DNA of 64,000 nt, taken from assembly GCF_963921235.1 (NCBI RefSeq), contig NC_086109.1, positions 22,508,001 to 22,572,000 of the forward strand, given 5' to 3'. This document shows, one piece after another, positions 39,501-52,010 of this stretch. The position numbers and the translations under genes were made by a program. The first letter of the stretch is position 1. Every line of letters starts with the position of its first letter. The notes under the pieces are model-generated. The model saw only the letters and a list, made by a program, of their open reading frames with translations, had not been told where the DNA came from and searched no databases. This DNA is from Mobula hypostoma. Its lineage: Eukaryota.

Positions 39501-42199
39501 CCACTGCTGTCTCAAATGACACCTTTCTTTGTACGTTTCGATGTCCTGATGTACGTGTGACAAGTAAATCTAATCTTTAAAATCAGGGGGATTGGGATTA
39601 TCCCTCCCTTAGCTCTGCCGTAGTCACAGTGGCTAAAGAGCTCTACCCACAGCAGATGGATGATCCATGTGAACATTTGTTATTTATTCACAGGGTGTGG
39701 ATGTCACTGACTAACCCAATATGAATTGCCTCCCCTTAAATGCCCTGAAATGAGGGGTTTGCTGGACCCTTCAAGAAGCCCACACTGCTTTGAGCCTGGA
39801 TTACCAGATACCATCCATATCAACCAATTACTACCACTGCTTTTCCATAACATCCTCAATGCCACAATATGATTAGTTGTAGGGTGTCCTGGCTGGGATA
39901 CTTCATGGTAGACCCATCCCAGCCTTAAGGTGGATTAGTGGATCCCCGGGCTTGACTGGTTCATGGGACGAGTTTACATTCTCATTGGATAGATACTAAC
40001 ACCCTGCTTTTCCCTGTCCGAGGAGTCGGGGTTGTAGGGCAAGGATCAGCCAATCTGACATAATTTTAGTCAGAGGCAATGAATCTGTGGAAATTTCACA
40101 CCAGTGAGATGCAGATGCCATGTCACTCAAGACTGCAATTGACTGATTTTTGGACAGTCAAGAAATTAATAATTGAGCAGAACCTTATTAAACGGCAAGG
40201 AGAATCAAGAGGCATATGGCTTACTCATGCTCCCATTTCTTATTAGTTGAACCAAATTGAATAACTGTTCAGCTGGCAATGGGCTTGGCTGTGATGCCTC
40301 AAGTAATCAGGCAGCTGCTAGTACTTGTCCTGGACCTGTTGTGCATGATATTGAGGGACAGATAATTCCCATTGAAACCACAGCCCAACCAAAGCCAACA
40401 CCTTCAGTGAAGGAAAGGAAGACATTTTAGGGGACCAGATATTTTTTGAAAGCAGGTGTAATATGGGTTCCAATTCTCAAATTCTAATATAAATTTGAAA
40501 TCAGGAGAAGGGGCAAAGGCGGGTTACTGGCAACTTAAAACCAATCGGTCCAGGCAGATGAGGCTTGTCAGCTGTAGTTGGCAAGGAAAACTGAAGGAAA
40601 ACTCTGATCTCAAACCTCTGTTGCCTTGCAGCTATGCTCACTCATGGGGAAGGCTTCAGGAGTAAACCCTGAGGAAAAATCTGGAGCTGGAGTCCCTACA
40701 GTTCTACTTGAGTTCAACGCCGACTGGCAACTCCTACAATGCCACTGGTGCCAAACTGTATCGGTCTCTGCAGTTGCTTTGGAGCTGCGTAGAGAAGGGT
40801 TGCCCACTGAATGGGCAGCAGCTTGCTCTCCATAATGTGCTTCCCTGGCTTGCATATCTGAAGACACTAGGATGCCAGATCCATGGTCAACCCAGGCCAA
40901 CAGAGGCCTCAATGTATTTGAATTTGAAAGGGGGGGGGGAATGAAATACATCGTTCGCAGTGGATCGTTTCCCTTTTAACATTTGTCTTCTCAAAACAGG
41001 CGCATTGAGCTGAAAGGTCAGATAGAGAGAGACCTCAGAAGAGGTTGTGTCTCTGACATTTTCTGATGCGAGATGAAAGGGGTGAGTCAGACAGCTTGTT
41101 TTTTCCCTCCCTCCAGTTCCTAAGCTGCATGATCAAATAACCACCTATGACTGGTCTTGAACCAATCCAATTTGGTGCCAGACATTTGTGCTCCTAGGGC
41201 TTTCTGTTACCTAATGACCAAACCTCAGGTGGATTTTGTCTTTTATTTTTAAGTCCATGTGGTACAGCTAGTAACATTGAATCTAGAGCAGTGTGGCCTG
41301 GCTGCCAGATTTCCAAATGGTCCATTAGTCCATGAAAGTGACTTTGTTATTCCTTTATTTTCATTATTTACCTATTTTGTACTTTATAGTAATTTTTATG
41401 CCTTTGCTCTGTGCTGCTGCTGCAAAACAGCAAATCAGTGACAATAAACTTGACTCTGGTTCTGGTAGAAACACAGTCAGTTAAGGCTTTCAAGACGACA
41501 TGGATAGGCATTTAAGGGAAACTAATTTGCAGACTTCAGGAGAAGTGCAAGTGAATTGTACTGAATGATACCTTCTCTAAGAAGTTGGTATGGACTTAAG
41601 GGGCCAAATGTGCTATAAGTATTCTGTTATTCTATGTTTTATCTTTCTGCTCCTTGTCATGAAAAGAATTCCCATTTTCCATTGACCAATTTTTGTTAGC
41701 TGTCACTTTACATGATCAGACCCTAACATTATTCAATTCCTCTTTAAATCTCATTGAGCCATATAGTTGTACATCATAGGAATAGAGCCATTGTATTAAA
41801 CCTAGCAGAGACCTTGTTTGACAGGAGCTTCTGAAGGTACAAAGGAATTAAAATATTATGGTCTGTTCACTCTCCATCTACCTGTATGAGAGGCTGGGTT
41901 TGATTGACATCACTAATTCACAGGAATATCCATTTCTCCTTCTGGTAAACAAATTTCCCACCCCCTCACCTCTTCCTCTATTCCCCACTCTGACCTGTCT
42001 ATTATCCTTCCCTTTCTCCTGTGGTCCACTCTGTTCTCCTATCAGATTCCTTCTTCTCCAGCCCTTGACCTTTCCCACCCAACTGATTTCACCTATCACC
42101 TTCCAGCTATCCTCCTTCCCCTCCCCCATCTTTTATATTCTGGCATCTTCCCCCTTCCTTCTCTGTCCTGAAGAAGGGTCTTGGCCCAAAATATCGACT

Positions 42200-42489
42200 T
42201 GTGGTGACCCACTTTCTACATAGGCGAACTGGCTCACAAAATGGCGTGCGTGTTGGCAGAGCGGCCAGCCCCAAAATGGAACTGGGCCTTCTTCTTCACC
42301 AGCAAGGGGAGGAAGCCCGTGCGCGGGAAGAGGCTTTTGTAATGCGCCTCTGACGTCATTTCCACCCAGAGAGCGCGGGAATGGAACTGCGTAAAAGCCA
42401 GTGCCGCAAAGTTTGAATAAACTTGTCTCGAGTGCAATTTACAGACTGCGTGTCGTTATTTCTAGCTCTGTGTGTAGCACATCGCTACA
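42200..42489 (+). repeat. 5' LTR of the Gypsy element
   Basis: TGTGGTGA...TCGCTACA, AATAAA at about 42416, colinear with 46312-46601. Confidence 0.95.
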
Positions 42490-42490
42490 T

Positions 42491-42504
42491 TGGTGACCCC
42501 GACG
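42491..42504 (+). promoter_or_regulatory. Primer-binding site complementary to the tRNA-Trp 3' end
   Basis: TGGTGACCCCGACG directly after the 5' LTR, matching the first 14 nt of the known tRNA-Trp PBS (TGGTGACCCCGACGTGAT). Confidence 0.85.
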
Positions 42505-43204
42505 GTCCAAACGGGATTTGGACCAAAGATGATCGACTCTTCATCTATTCATGCAATTTCGCTAAAACTACCAACTTTCTGGACGCTGCAGCCACGCGTG
42601 TGGTTTGACCAAGCAGAAGCCCAGTTCCAGATTTGGCAGATATCTTCTGATTCCATGCGTTCCTATTATGTGGTGAGCTCCCTTGTCCAGGAGACAGCCG
42701 CCCAGGTTAGGGATTTCATACAGTCACCCCCAGAAGAAGGCAAATATGCAGTAGTCAAAGCGCTGCCTATAGGGACCTTTGGCCTCTCACAGCATCAGCG
42801 AGGTGCCCGCTTGCTGCACCTGGACTATTTGGGAGCAGGCCGCCGTCAGCATTAATGAACGAGATGCTGGCCCTGGCTGAAGGACACAAGCCCTGCCTCA
42901 TGTTTGAGCAGGTGTTCCTAGAGCAACTGCCCGAGGACATACATCTGCTGCTGGCCGACGCAGATTTCAGTGACCCCCGGAAGGTGGCAGCCCGGGCAGA
43001 CGTGCTGTGGAAAGCCAAGAGGGAGAACGGGGCATCCGTCAGACGGATTACCAAGCCACGCGCCCAACAGCAGGCCAGGCCAGCCCCGGCAACGGAGCGC
43101 ACACAACCCAGAGGCAGGAGTGAGGAGGCCAATGAGCAGTGGTGTTTCTACCACCAGTGGTGGGGCACAGAAGGCCGCAATTGTCGCCCGCCCTGCAAAT
43201 TCCC

Positions 43205-43250
43205 GGGAAACGCCAGGGCCAGTCGCCGCTAATGGCTACGGTGGCTGGCC
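43205..43250 (+). promoter_or_regulatory. Programmed -1 ribosomal frameshift signal at the gag/pol junction
   Basis: G GGA AAC heptamer in gag frame (43205-43211), 5-nt spacer, then stem GGCCAGTCGCCG (43217-43228) / CGGTGGCTGGCC (43239-43250). The protease motif lies in the -1 frame. Confidence 0.8.
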
Positions 43251-46200
43251 ACCAGGACAGCTTCTTGTACGTCTGGGACAAGCAGTCAGGACGCCGCTTC
43301 TTGGTTGACACTGGAGCAGAAATCAGCGTCTTACCCCAACAGGATACGACACCCGCAACAGGGAGCCGGGACCCACCCTGAGGGCCACAAATGACAGCAT
43401 GATATGGACCTATGGCACCTGCACAGTGCAGCTGCAGTTTGGCGCCAGCCGGTTCACGTGGGACTTCACACTGACCACCATGGCCCAACCACTCCTGGGG
43501 GCAGACTTCTTGCGAGCTCACAGCCTGCTGGTTGGCTTGCAAGGGAAAAGACTGGTCCATGCCAAGACTTTCCAGACGTTCTCCCTGGGTGAAGCCAAGT
43601 TGCCGGCCCCACACCGGACTCCATCACGCTGTCTGACGAATTCACCAGAATCCTGGCAGACTTTCCATCGGTTCTGGCACCACAGTTCACAGCAGCCCTG
43701 CCCAGACACGGAGTACAGCACCACATTCCGACCCAGGGACTACCCCTCCATGCCCGCGCACGAAGGCGCCCCCCCCTCCCCGCGCACGAAGGCGCCCCCC
43801 CTCCCCGGATAAGCTCTGCCTGGTGAAGGAGGGGTTCCAGAGGATGGAGGAATTGGGGACCGCACAGCGGTTCGACAGCCCATGGGCCTCCCCCCTGCAC
43901 ATGGTGCCCTAAGCAGCCGGGGGCTGGAGACAATGTGGTGACTACCACAGACTGAACGAGGCTACAACTCCAGACCGCTACCCCGTGCCGCACGTACAGG
44001 ACTTTGCAGCAAACCTGCACGGGGCAAGCATCTTTTCCAAGGTAGACCTTGTCCGGGGATACCATCAAATCCCAGCACACACTGAAGACATGCCCAAAAC
44101 AGCACTCATCACCCTGTTTGGCCTGTTCGAATTCCTCCGAATGCCGTTCGACCTGAATAATGCTGCACAGACGTTCCAGCAGCTAATGGACGCGGTGGGA
44201 CGCGACCTGGACATTGCGTTCATCTATTTGGATGACATCCTCATAGCCAGCAGTAGTCGTCAGGAGCATCTGTCCCACCTCCGCCAGCTCTACTCCCGCC
44301 TGAGTGATTTCAGCCTCACGATCAACCTACCCAAATGCCAGTTTGGACTCGACACCATCGACTTCCTGGGTTACAGGATTACCAAAGATGGGGCAACACC
44401 TCTGCCCACCAGGTAGACGCGATCCGCCACTTCGCCCGGCCCAACACAGTCAAAGGCCTGCAGGAGTTCATTGGTATGGTGAACTTCTACCACCGCTTCC
44501 TCCCTTCAGCAGCCCGTATCATGCGCCCTTTGTTCACCCTGTTGTCGGGTAAAGGCAAGGACATTACTTGGGACAAAGAGGCCGCGGCCGCTTTCACTAA
44601 AGCCAAGGAAGCCTTGGCAGACACTGCAGTGCTGGTGCACCCCAGAATGGACGTTCCAACCGCCCTCACAGTGGACGCATCCAACACAGCAGTTGGTGGG
44701 GCGCTGGAGCAACTCATCAAGGGGTGCTGACAACCCCTGGCGTTCTTCAGCAGGCACCTACGGCCACCCGAACTCAAGTACAGTGCCTTCGACCAGGAGC
44801 TGTTGGCACTATATCTGGCAATCTGGCATTTCAGTTACTTCTTAGAAGGCAGGCCGTTCGCCACGTTCATGGACCACAAACCGTTGACCTTCACGTTCAC
44901 GAAGGTGTCCGATCCCTGGTCGGCCCGCCAGCAGCAACATCTGTCCTACATCTCCGTGTACACAACGGACATCCAGCATGTCTCGGGAAAGGACAACGTC
45001 GTGGCAGACGCACTCTCCAGACCAGCTATCCGGGCCCTGTCCTGGGGGTGGACTATGCAGCACTGGCGGAGGGGCAGCAGGCAGACGATGAGATGCCCAG
45101 CTACAGGACCGCAGTCTCGGGTCTGCAGCTGCAAGCCTTCCTCATAGGCCCAGGTGAGAGGACCCTCCTGTGTGACGTGGCTACCGGCCAACCTCGCCCC
45201 ATCGTCCCGGCAGCCTGGCGGTGGCGAGTTTTCAACTCTATATATGACTTGGCGCACCCATCTATCAGGACAACTGTCCGGATGGTCTCCAGCAAGTTTG
45301 TGTGGCACGGACTTCGCAAACAGGTCAGCGAATGGGTCAAAACGTGCATGCAGTGCCAAACAGCCAAGGTGCAGCGGCACACCAAGGCTCCGCCGCAGCA
45401 GTTCGAACCCACCCGCTGGAGGTTCGACCACATCCATGTGGATATCGTGGGGCCCCTGCCAGTGTCACGAGGAGCGCGGTACCTCCTAACTATGGTAGAC
45501 CGGTTCACGAGATGGCCAGAGGTGGTCCCGCTCACCAACACCACCGATTTCTGCGCCCGAGCACTGATCGCAACCTGGGTAGCCCGCTTCGGGGTACCGG
45601 CCCACATTACCTCCGACAGAGGCGCCCAGTTCACCTCCAGCCTGTGGTCGGCTGTGGCCAGCCTGGGAACACAGCTACACCACACAACTGCCTACCACCC
45701 ACAGTCGAACGGACTAGTGGAACACTTACACTGTCACTTGAAATTGGCTCTCATGGCCCGCCTGAAAAGGCCTAACTGGGTGGACGAGCTTCCCTGGGTC
45801 CTGCTTGGAATCCGCACGGCGCCCAAGGAAGATCTACACACCTCGTCGGCCGAGTTGGTGTACGGCACACCCCTGGTCGTCCCAGGAGAATTCAAACCAG
45901 CCCCAAGGGGGCAAGAGGAAGAACCCGCAGCAGTCCTGGACAGACTTTGCAAAAGGCTTGGCAACCTGGCCCCCATACCGACTTCACAGCACGGACAGAG
46001 CCCGACCTGCGTACCCAAAGACCTGCAGATCTGTAAGTTTGTATTCGTACGAAGGGGCGCACACCGGGAACCGCTACAGCAGCTGTATGAGGGGCCGTTC
46101 AAGGTGATCAGGAACAACAGGTCCACGTAAGTTCTGGACATTGGGGGGAAAAGGAGGTTTTCACGGTGGACCGACTCAAACCGGCCCATGTGGACTTGGC

Positions 46201-46311
46201 GCAGCCGATCGAGGTTCAGGCACCGCGGCACAGAGGCAGACCACCCAAACAGAGACTGATCCAGACTGTGGACATTAGGGTGTGTATTGCCGGTTCTGGG
46301 GGTGGGGATTA

Positions 46312-46601
46312 TGTGGTGACCCACTTTCTACACAGGCAAACTGGCTCACAAAATGGCGTACATGTCGGCAGAGAGGCCAGCCCCAAAATGGCGCTGGGCC
46401 TTCTTCTTCACCAGCAAGGGGAGAAAGCCCGCGCACGGGAAGAGACTTTTGTAGTGCACCTCTGATGTCATTTCTGCCCGGAGAGGGTGGGAACAGAACT
46501 GCGTAAAAGCCAGTGCCGCGAAGTTTGAATAAACTAGTCTGGAGTGCAACTTACAGACTGCGTGTCGTTATTTCTAGCTCTGTGTGTAGCACATCATGAC
46601 A
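46312..46601 (+). repeat. 3' LTR of the Gypsy element
   Basis: Direct repeat of 42200-42489, preceded by a G-rich polypurine tract (about 46298-46311) and followed by the GACT TSD. Confidence 0.95.
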
Positions 46602-46739
46602 GACTATCTATTCATTGCCATAGATGCTGCCTGACCTGCCGAGTTCCTCCAGCATTTCGTGTGTGTTGTTTTGGGTTTCCAGCATCTGCAGACCTTCTTG
46701 TGTTTATGATTTACCTCTTGTATTCTGTTGCCTCAATGA

Positions 46740-47210
46740 GGGAGGATCATCAACGTCATAGTGGAGAGGCTTGTGAGCTCCCGAGATCCCGAGTGTAGAG
46801 TTTTGTCATCTGGCGCTCAACTCCTGGTCACCCATGGTGGTAAGGTCAAGGGTGAAGTTCCAGACAAAGAGCGTCCAATGAAGACTTCTATCCTGGAGCT
46901 GTCGGAAGATGGTGTCTCATCACAATGGCATGAAGATGGAGGAAGACAGCAGCAGTGAACAGTTGCCAGTTGCCCTATGCTCCACGCCACTGGACTCTAA
47001 CTCCAATCTGTCAAGGACTGCGCAGTAGCTGCCCACGCATCGGCCTCCCCCACATTAATAAACTCATGTACAGGTGCTCTCCATTAAGGGAATCCACCCT
47101 AACATCCAGGTTATGTGGATTCCAGACCAGCCTCTACAGCCACCTGAGGACCCACCAATAGACAACCTGTTTGGAGAACATCATACTCAACCTGAAAGAT
47201 TGCACTACAG
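46740..47210 (+). mobile_element. RTE-derived non-autonomous element (5' UTR joined to 3' end)
   Basis: RTE-like 5' UTR, C-terminal zinc-finger-like remnant LCGFQTSLYSHLRTH, sister of 21780-22413. Confidence 0.55.
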
Positions 47211-47287
47211 ACATTTGTAGGGTCTCAGCACATTTGGAACTTTACTCAATCAGGTCAGCACCTTCAGGTCTAAGCAACAGTGACTAT

Positions 47288-47990
47288 TATAGTCATAGTC
47301 ATAGTCATACTTTATTGATCCCGGGGAAAATTGGTTTTTGTTACAGTTGCACCATAAATAATTAAATAGTAATAAAACCATAAATAATTAAATAGTAATA
47401 TGTAAATTATGCCAGGAAATAAGTCCAGGACCAGCCTATTGGCTCAGGGTATCTGACCCTCCAAGGGAGGAGTTGTAAACTTTGATGGCCACAGGCAGGA
47501 ATGACTTCCTATGGCGCTCTGTGTTGCATCTCGGAGGAATGAGTCTCTGGCTGAATGTACTCCTGTGCCCAACCAGTACATTATGTAGTGGATGTGAGAC
47601 ATTGTCCAAGATGGCATGCAAATTATACAGCATCCTCTTTTCTGACACCACCGTCAGAGAGTCCAGTTCCATCCCCACAACATCACTGGCCTTATGAATG
47701 AGTTTGTTGATTCTGTTGGTGTCTGCTACCCTCAGCCTGCTGCCCCAGCACACAACAGCAAACATGATCGCCCTGGCCACCACAGACTCGTAGAACATCC
47801 TCAGCATCGTCCGGCAGATGTTAAAGGACCTCAGTCTCCTCAGGAAATAGAGACGGCTCTGACCCTTCTTGTAGACAGCCTCAGTGTTCTTTGACCAGTC
47901 CCGTTTATTGTCAATTCGTATCCCCAGGTATTTGTAATCCTCCACCATGTCCACACTGACCTCCTGGATGGAAACAGGGGTCACCGGTAG
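47288..47990 (-). mobile_element. Young Rex1-type LINE 3' fragment
   Basis: Intact 186-aa frame YKYLGIRIDNK.DW...KKGQSRLYFLRRLRSF...HPLH...RKSFLPVAIK. (GACTAT)n tail at about 47289-47310. Confidence 0.85.
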
Positions 47991-49149
47991 ATTCATAAAT
48001 ACAAAGCCAGCTCACTACTGTCCTTTAAGGAAGGAAACCCCATCATTTTATACTTGATATTATTGTACTTGCTATTGGGAACTTGACAGAACAGATTTGC
48101 AGGTACAATTATTCTGTACTTTCCTAAACCATTTTTATTCCTGGAAGTATTTAGTGGGGCAGTACAGAAAGTGGTTCATAATTTGTGGCCAAAGGACTCC
48201 TTCTGACCACCAAGAATGGCTTGGTCTTGTCCTTACTAGTGAATCACCAGTCCCTGCTGAGTGCCAGTTCAGACACCAAAGCCGATTCCTGATGATTGAG
48301 GCTTTGCAAGGTACGGGGTCATCCTGCTTGTAAAATGCAAGCATCACTCTCAAAAATACTTTGACAGCTGGTTGACCCACTTCCCAGGTCTGAGTCCTAA
48401 TCAATGGTGATCAAAATTAGAGGGAATTAATCAAATTATTAAAATACTTTAAAAATTAAATAATGTTTGAAAGAGTTATAAGAATACAAAATAATAGTAT
48501 TAATTTAAATTCATATAATTTACATTTAAATTAATTTAGCAGCTGTAAATGACCTGCCTCTTACCCATCATAATGGCAACCATCATAATGCATTAAACAC
48601 GGTGTCAAAACACACTGAGTTCTGTTTACAATATATGTTTTCTCTGTGCAACTTTTTTTTTGCCATCATCGTACGATGAGAGGTTGAAAATAGAATCAAC
48701 ACAACTTCTAAAGCCACCTGCCAAAGGGCCTCAGCCCAATACTCTTTTCCATAGATGCTGAATGGCCTGCTGAGTTCCTCCAGCATATTGTGTGGGTTAC
48801 TTGGATTTCTTTTGTTTGTGTTTTAAAGTCACCATAGCTTTGATGAAAATTCAGTGCATCAAGTAATTCAAGGGAGAGCAATGCTACAAGAGATATATAA
48901 TAAGCATTTCTGGGTTACGGGAAGAAGGCAAAAGAATGGGGTTTGAAAGGAATAATAAATCAGCTATGATGGAATGGCAGAGCAGACTCGATGGGCTGAA
49001 TGGCCTGCCTAATTCTGCTCTAATGTTTTATGGTCTTATGGTCTTACAAATGTAATCAGTCTGGTGCAATCAAAAGTGGCACCCAATAACCAGCTTTTTC
49101 ATGTGGTAACTTGTACGATCAGAGAAACCTCATTTTCAAAATGGTAATA

Positions 49150-50720
49150 CACGTTCTGGTGCCTTGCTGTTCCTTCTGCTTTGATGGTTTAGAGCACACA
49201 GTCACACTACGCTTGTTTTAGTAACCCAGCAGGTAGGTATACGTGGTGTATTCTGGTAGTGGAATAAGAATAAGCAAGTTTTGTCTCAATTTCATCTCCT
49301 TTCATCTTATTCAATCCATATTTCACTGTCAGAACTGTTTCTTCTGCCCAACTGTGCGAGGCTGGGTGATATGAAATTATGCACAAACCATTAAATCCAT
49401 TCTTTTTGAGGAAATTGGCAACTTCAGCACCAGAGAGGTTGCTGAATGGCCATAAACGTAGAAGAGTATCTGTAGTGAAGATTACACTCAGCTTTGAAAT
49501 CATCACTTGTTGGATAAGTTGGTTAGTTGATAAGTTGGTTAGTTTCTCCCGCACCTTGCAGCACAACGGGCCCCAACCTTGCCATTTGTCTGTGTTTTTT
49601 ACGAGGCCAAGTTGCTAGCTTGACGCCCAACCCAGCATGGATGGAACGTGTGCCAGGAGCTGGTCAGATTCGAACCTGGGACCTCTTGCCTCGAAGTCAG
49701 TGCAGATGCCACTACACCACCGGCTGGCTATTGTGAAGATAAAGATTAGCTTTATTTGTCACATGTACATTGAAATATACAGTGGATGCGTAACTTTGTG
49801 TCAACAACCAAGACAGTGCAAGGATTTTGCAGCATGCAAGTGTTGCTATGCTTCCAGTGCCAACATAATACACCCACAACTCGCTATCCCTAACTCTGCG
49901 TCTTTGGGAATGTGGAAAGAAACCAGAGCAACTGGAGGAAATGGGGATGGGAAGAACATACAAGCTCTTTACAGACAGCAAAGCGAATTGCAACTCAATC
50001 AGTGTCTACAGGCACTGCAAAGTGATGACACTAACTGCTATGCTACTGTGCTGCTCACTTGTGTGGTGAAACTACCCACAGGACCTGCTTCTACCAACTT
50101 TAGAATGTAATCTGCCGTTATTGTGGCCAGTTTAGCCCATAAGCAGACTTTCAAGGTCCATGTATCCTTGATCAATGTTTGCTTAGGTAGATCCAAGCAC
50201 CGAAATGAGCCACTGCTGAATTCTTGTAATGCTGTCCAGATTGCTAGCATTCCCTCAGGACGTCCTCCAACTGACTGATGAGGCAACTTGCTTGATGTGA
50301 GCTATGATGTCATAGGTGTCCTTCATACAACTGTGTCCGGATACCTACTGTTCCTTTTGGGGGAACGATGAATCCACACGGAACCAACCCATTCTGAGTA
50401 CTTCACTTGTGCAGTCAGCCGGCGCACTGTTTAAAACTGCATGAAATATATACTTCAGTCAATAAATCCCAGGCTTTCAGGTCTGTCAAGTTGATGGAAT
50501 GAGGTGCATCCAATACTGCTTTAAACTGGTCCTCAAAATGATGGAGTCGTTCAACATCCGAGGCATAATCCAGATTGATTACTTCTGAGGTGACAAAAGC
50601 ACGTTTGTCAAGCGTACTCCTGCATTTTGAATTTACCAAATTACACCTACTGGAAGTCTGTATGTCCCTGGTCTTCCTTTCCAGACACCAAAACATCAGC
50701 CAGGAAGGCTATAACACCTG
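49150..50720 (-). mobile_element. Old degraded Gypsy gag/integrase remnant, interrupted by SINEs
   Basis: AEVANFLKKNG...YHPASHSWAEETVLTVKYGLNKM resembles the integrase core (YHPASNGLAERAVQTVK). IVPPKG...QLYEGH at about 50320-50375 resembles the integrase zinc-finger region. Confidence 0.6.
49560..49730 (-). mobile_element. tRNA-derived SINE with Pol III boxes
   Basis: - strand A-box TGGTGTAGTGG and B-box GGTTCGAATC at tRNA-like spacing. Confidence 0.65.
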
Positions 50721-51594
50721 GCAGTCCTTGGTTTGTGTTGTCCATTATCCTTTGAAAGATGGCTGGAGATAATGCTATTGGAGAAAAAATGGAATCTGTA
50801 CATTGGAGCAATCCAAGGTGAGTGTTAATTGTTGAGCACTCTTTTAAACCTTTGATTTACTCTGCACTACGTACTTGACATGTCAAGAATGTTCAAGATT
50901 AAAGATCTCACAGATTAGCTTTATTTGTCACGTACATCGAAATATACAGTGAAATGCATCAAATCAAATCAGTGAGGAATGTGGTGGGCAGCCCACAAGA
51001 GTTGCCACATTGATGGCACCAACAAAGTATGCCCGGAATTTACAAACCCTAAGCGTGCGTCTTTGGATTGTGGAAGGAAACTGGAGCATCAGAGGAAATC
51101 TACGCAGTCGTGGGGAGAGCGTAGAAACTCTGTACGGGAATTGAAGCACGTTCAGTGATCTCCAGTGCTGTAAACAATTGTGCTAACCACCAAGCTACTG
51201 TACTGCCTGTGAAGGCCTGTCCTCCTCCTGACTGAGCAAACAAATTATCAATCACACGTCTTTCTCCGATATTTCACTGTAGCAAAGAAACAGGACCTTC
51301 AGCCCTTCTAGTCTATGCGGAATTATTATTCTGCCTAGTCCCATCGACCTGCACCTGAACCATCAGCCTCCATACCCCTCCCATCCATGTACTTAATCCA
51401 AATTTCTCTTAAATGCTGAAATTGTTCCACCACTTCTGCTGGCAGCTTGTTCTGTGCTCTCACCACCTCATTGCATGTATAATTCGTATCAGTTTAATCT
51501 TATTTTAATTAACTTTTCCCTCATCTTGTACTGTACTGCTAGCATTAATACCCTGTGCATGATAGCCTATGACAATAATAAAGTTGAACCTGAG

Positions 51595-52010
51595 AGGCTG
51601 GTGAGGCTGCACCTGGAGTACTGTGTACAGTTTTGGTTACTCTGTTGTTGGAAAGGTGTCATTCAGCTGGAAAGAAGGTATCACCAGGACTGATGGACCA
51701 GAATTATAGGGAGAAGTTAGAGTATTATTCACTGGATTGTAGAAGATTGAGCAGTGATCATGAGAGGAATGCAAAGGTTGAATGCAAACAATCTTTTTCC
51801 TGGGGAAAGGGAATTAAATACTAGAGGGCATATGGCACTGGAAAGATTTAAAAGGGGCCCGAGGGGTACCTTCACGCAGTGTGTAGAACGTATCTGGAAC
51901 AAGCTGCCTGAGGAAGTGATTGAAGAAGGTATACTGTAATAACATCACTTAAAAGACACTTGGTCGGGTACGTAGATAGGAAAGGTTTATAGGGAGTTGT
52001 ACCAACACTG
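51595..52010 (+). mobile_element. CR1 3' fragment
   Basis: LVRLHLEYCVQFW, NTRGH, WNKLP. Confidence 0.75.

Larger units (their letters stand above)
42200..46601 (+). mobile_element. Full-length, decayed Ty3/Gypsy LTR retrotransposon (CsRn1/Kabuki/Boudicca-like lineage)
   Basis: Two 290-bp TG...CA LTRs. 4-bp TSD GACT (42196-42199, 46602-46605). PBS and PPT present. Gag has KLPTFW..WF.QAEAQF and a CHCC knuckle (CFYHQWWGTEGRNCRPPC). PR LVDTGAEIS, RT YLDD, RNase H DAS, integrase HVDIVGP/SDRG/SNGLVE and GPF module, in PR-RT-RH-IN order. Many frameshifts and stops. Confidence 0.95.

Noticed and set aside
42767..46324. Many overlapping - strand and off-frame ORFs
   Set aside because: By-products of GC-rich Gypsy coding sequence. 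No env-like or extra gene is recognisable.
49664..49730. tRNA gene
   Set aside because: It has A/B boxes but no convincing acceptor stem or terminator and continues into a repeat body, so it is a SINE head.
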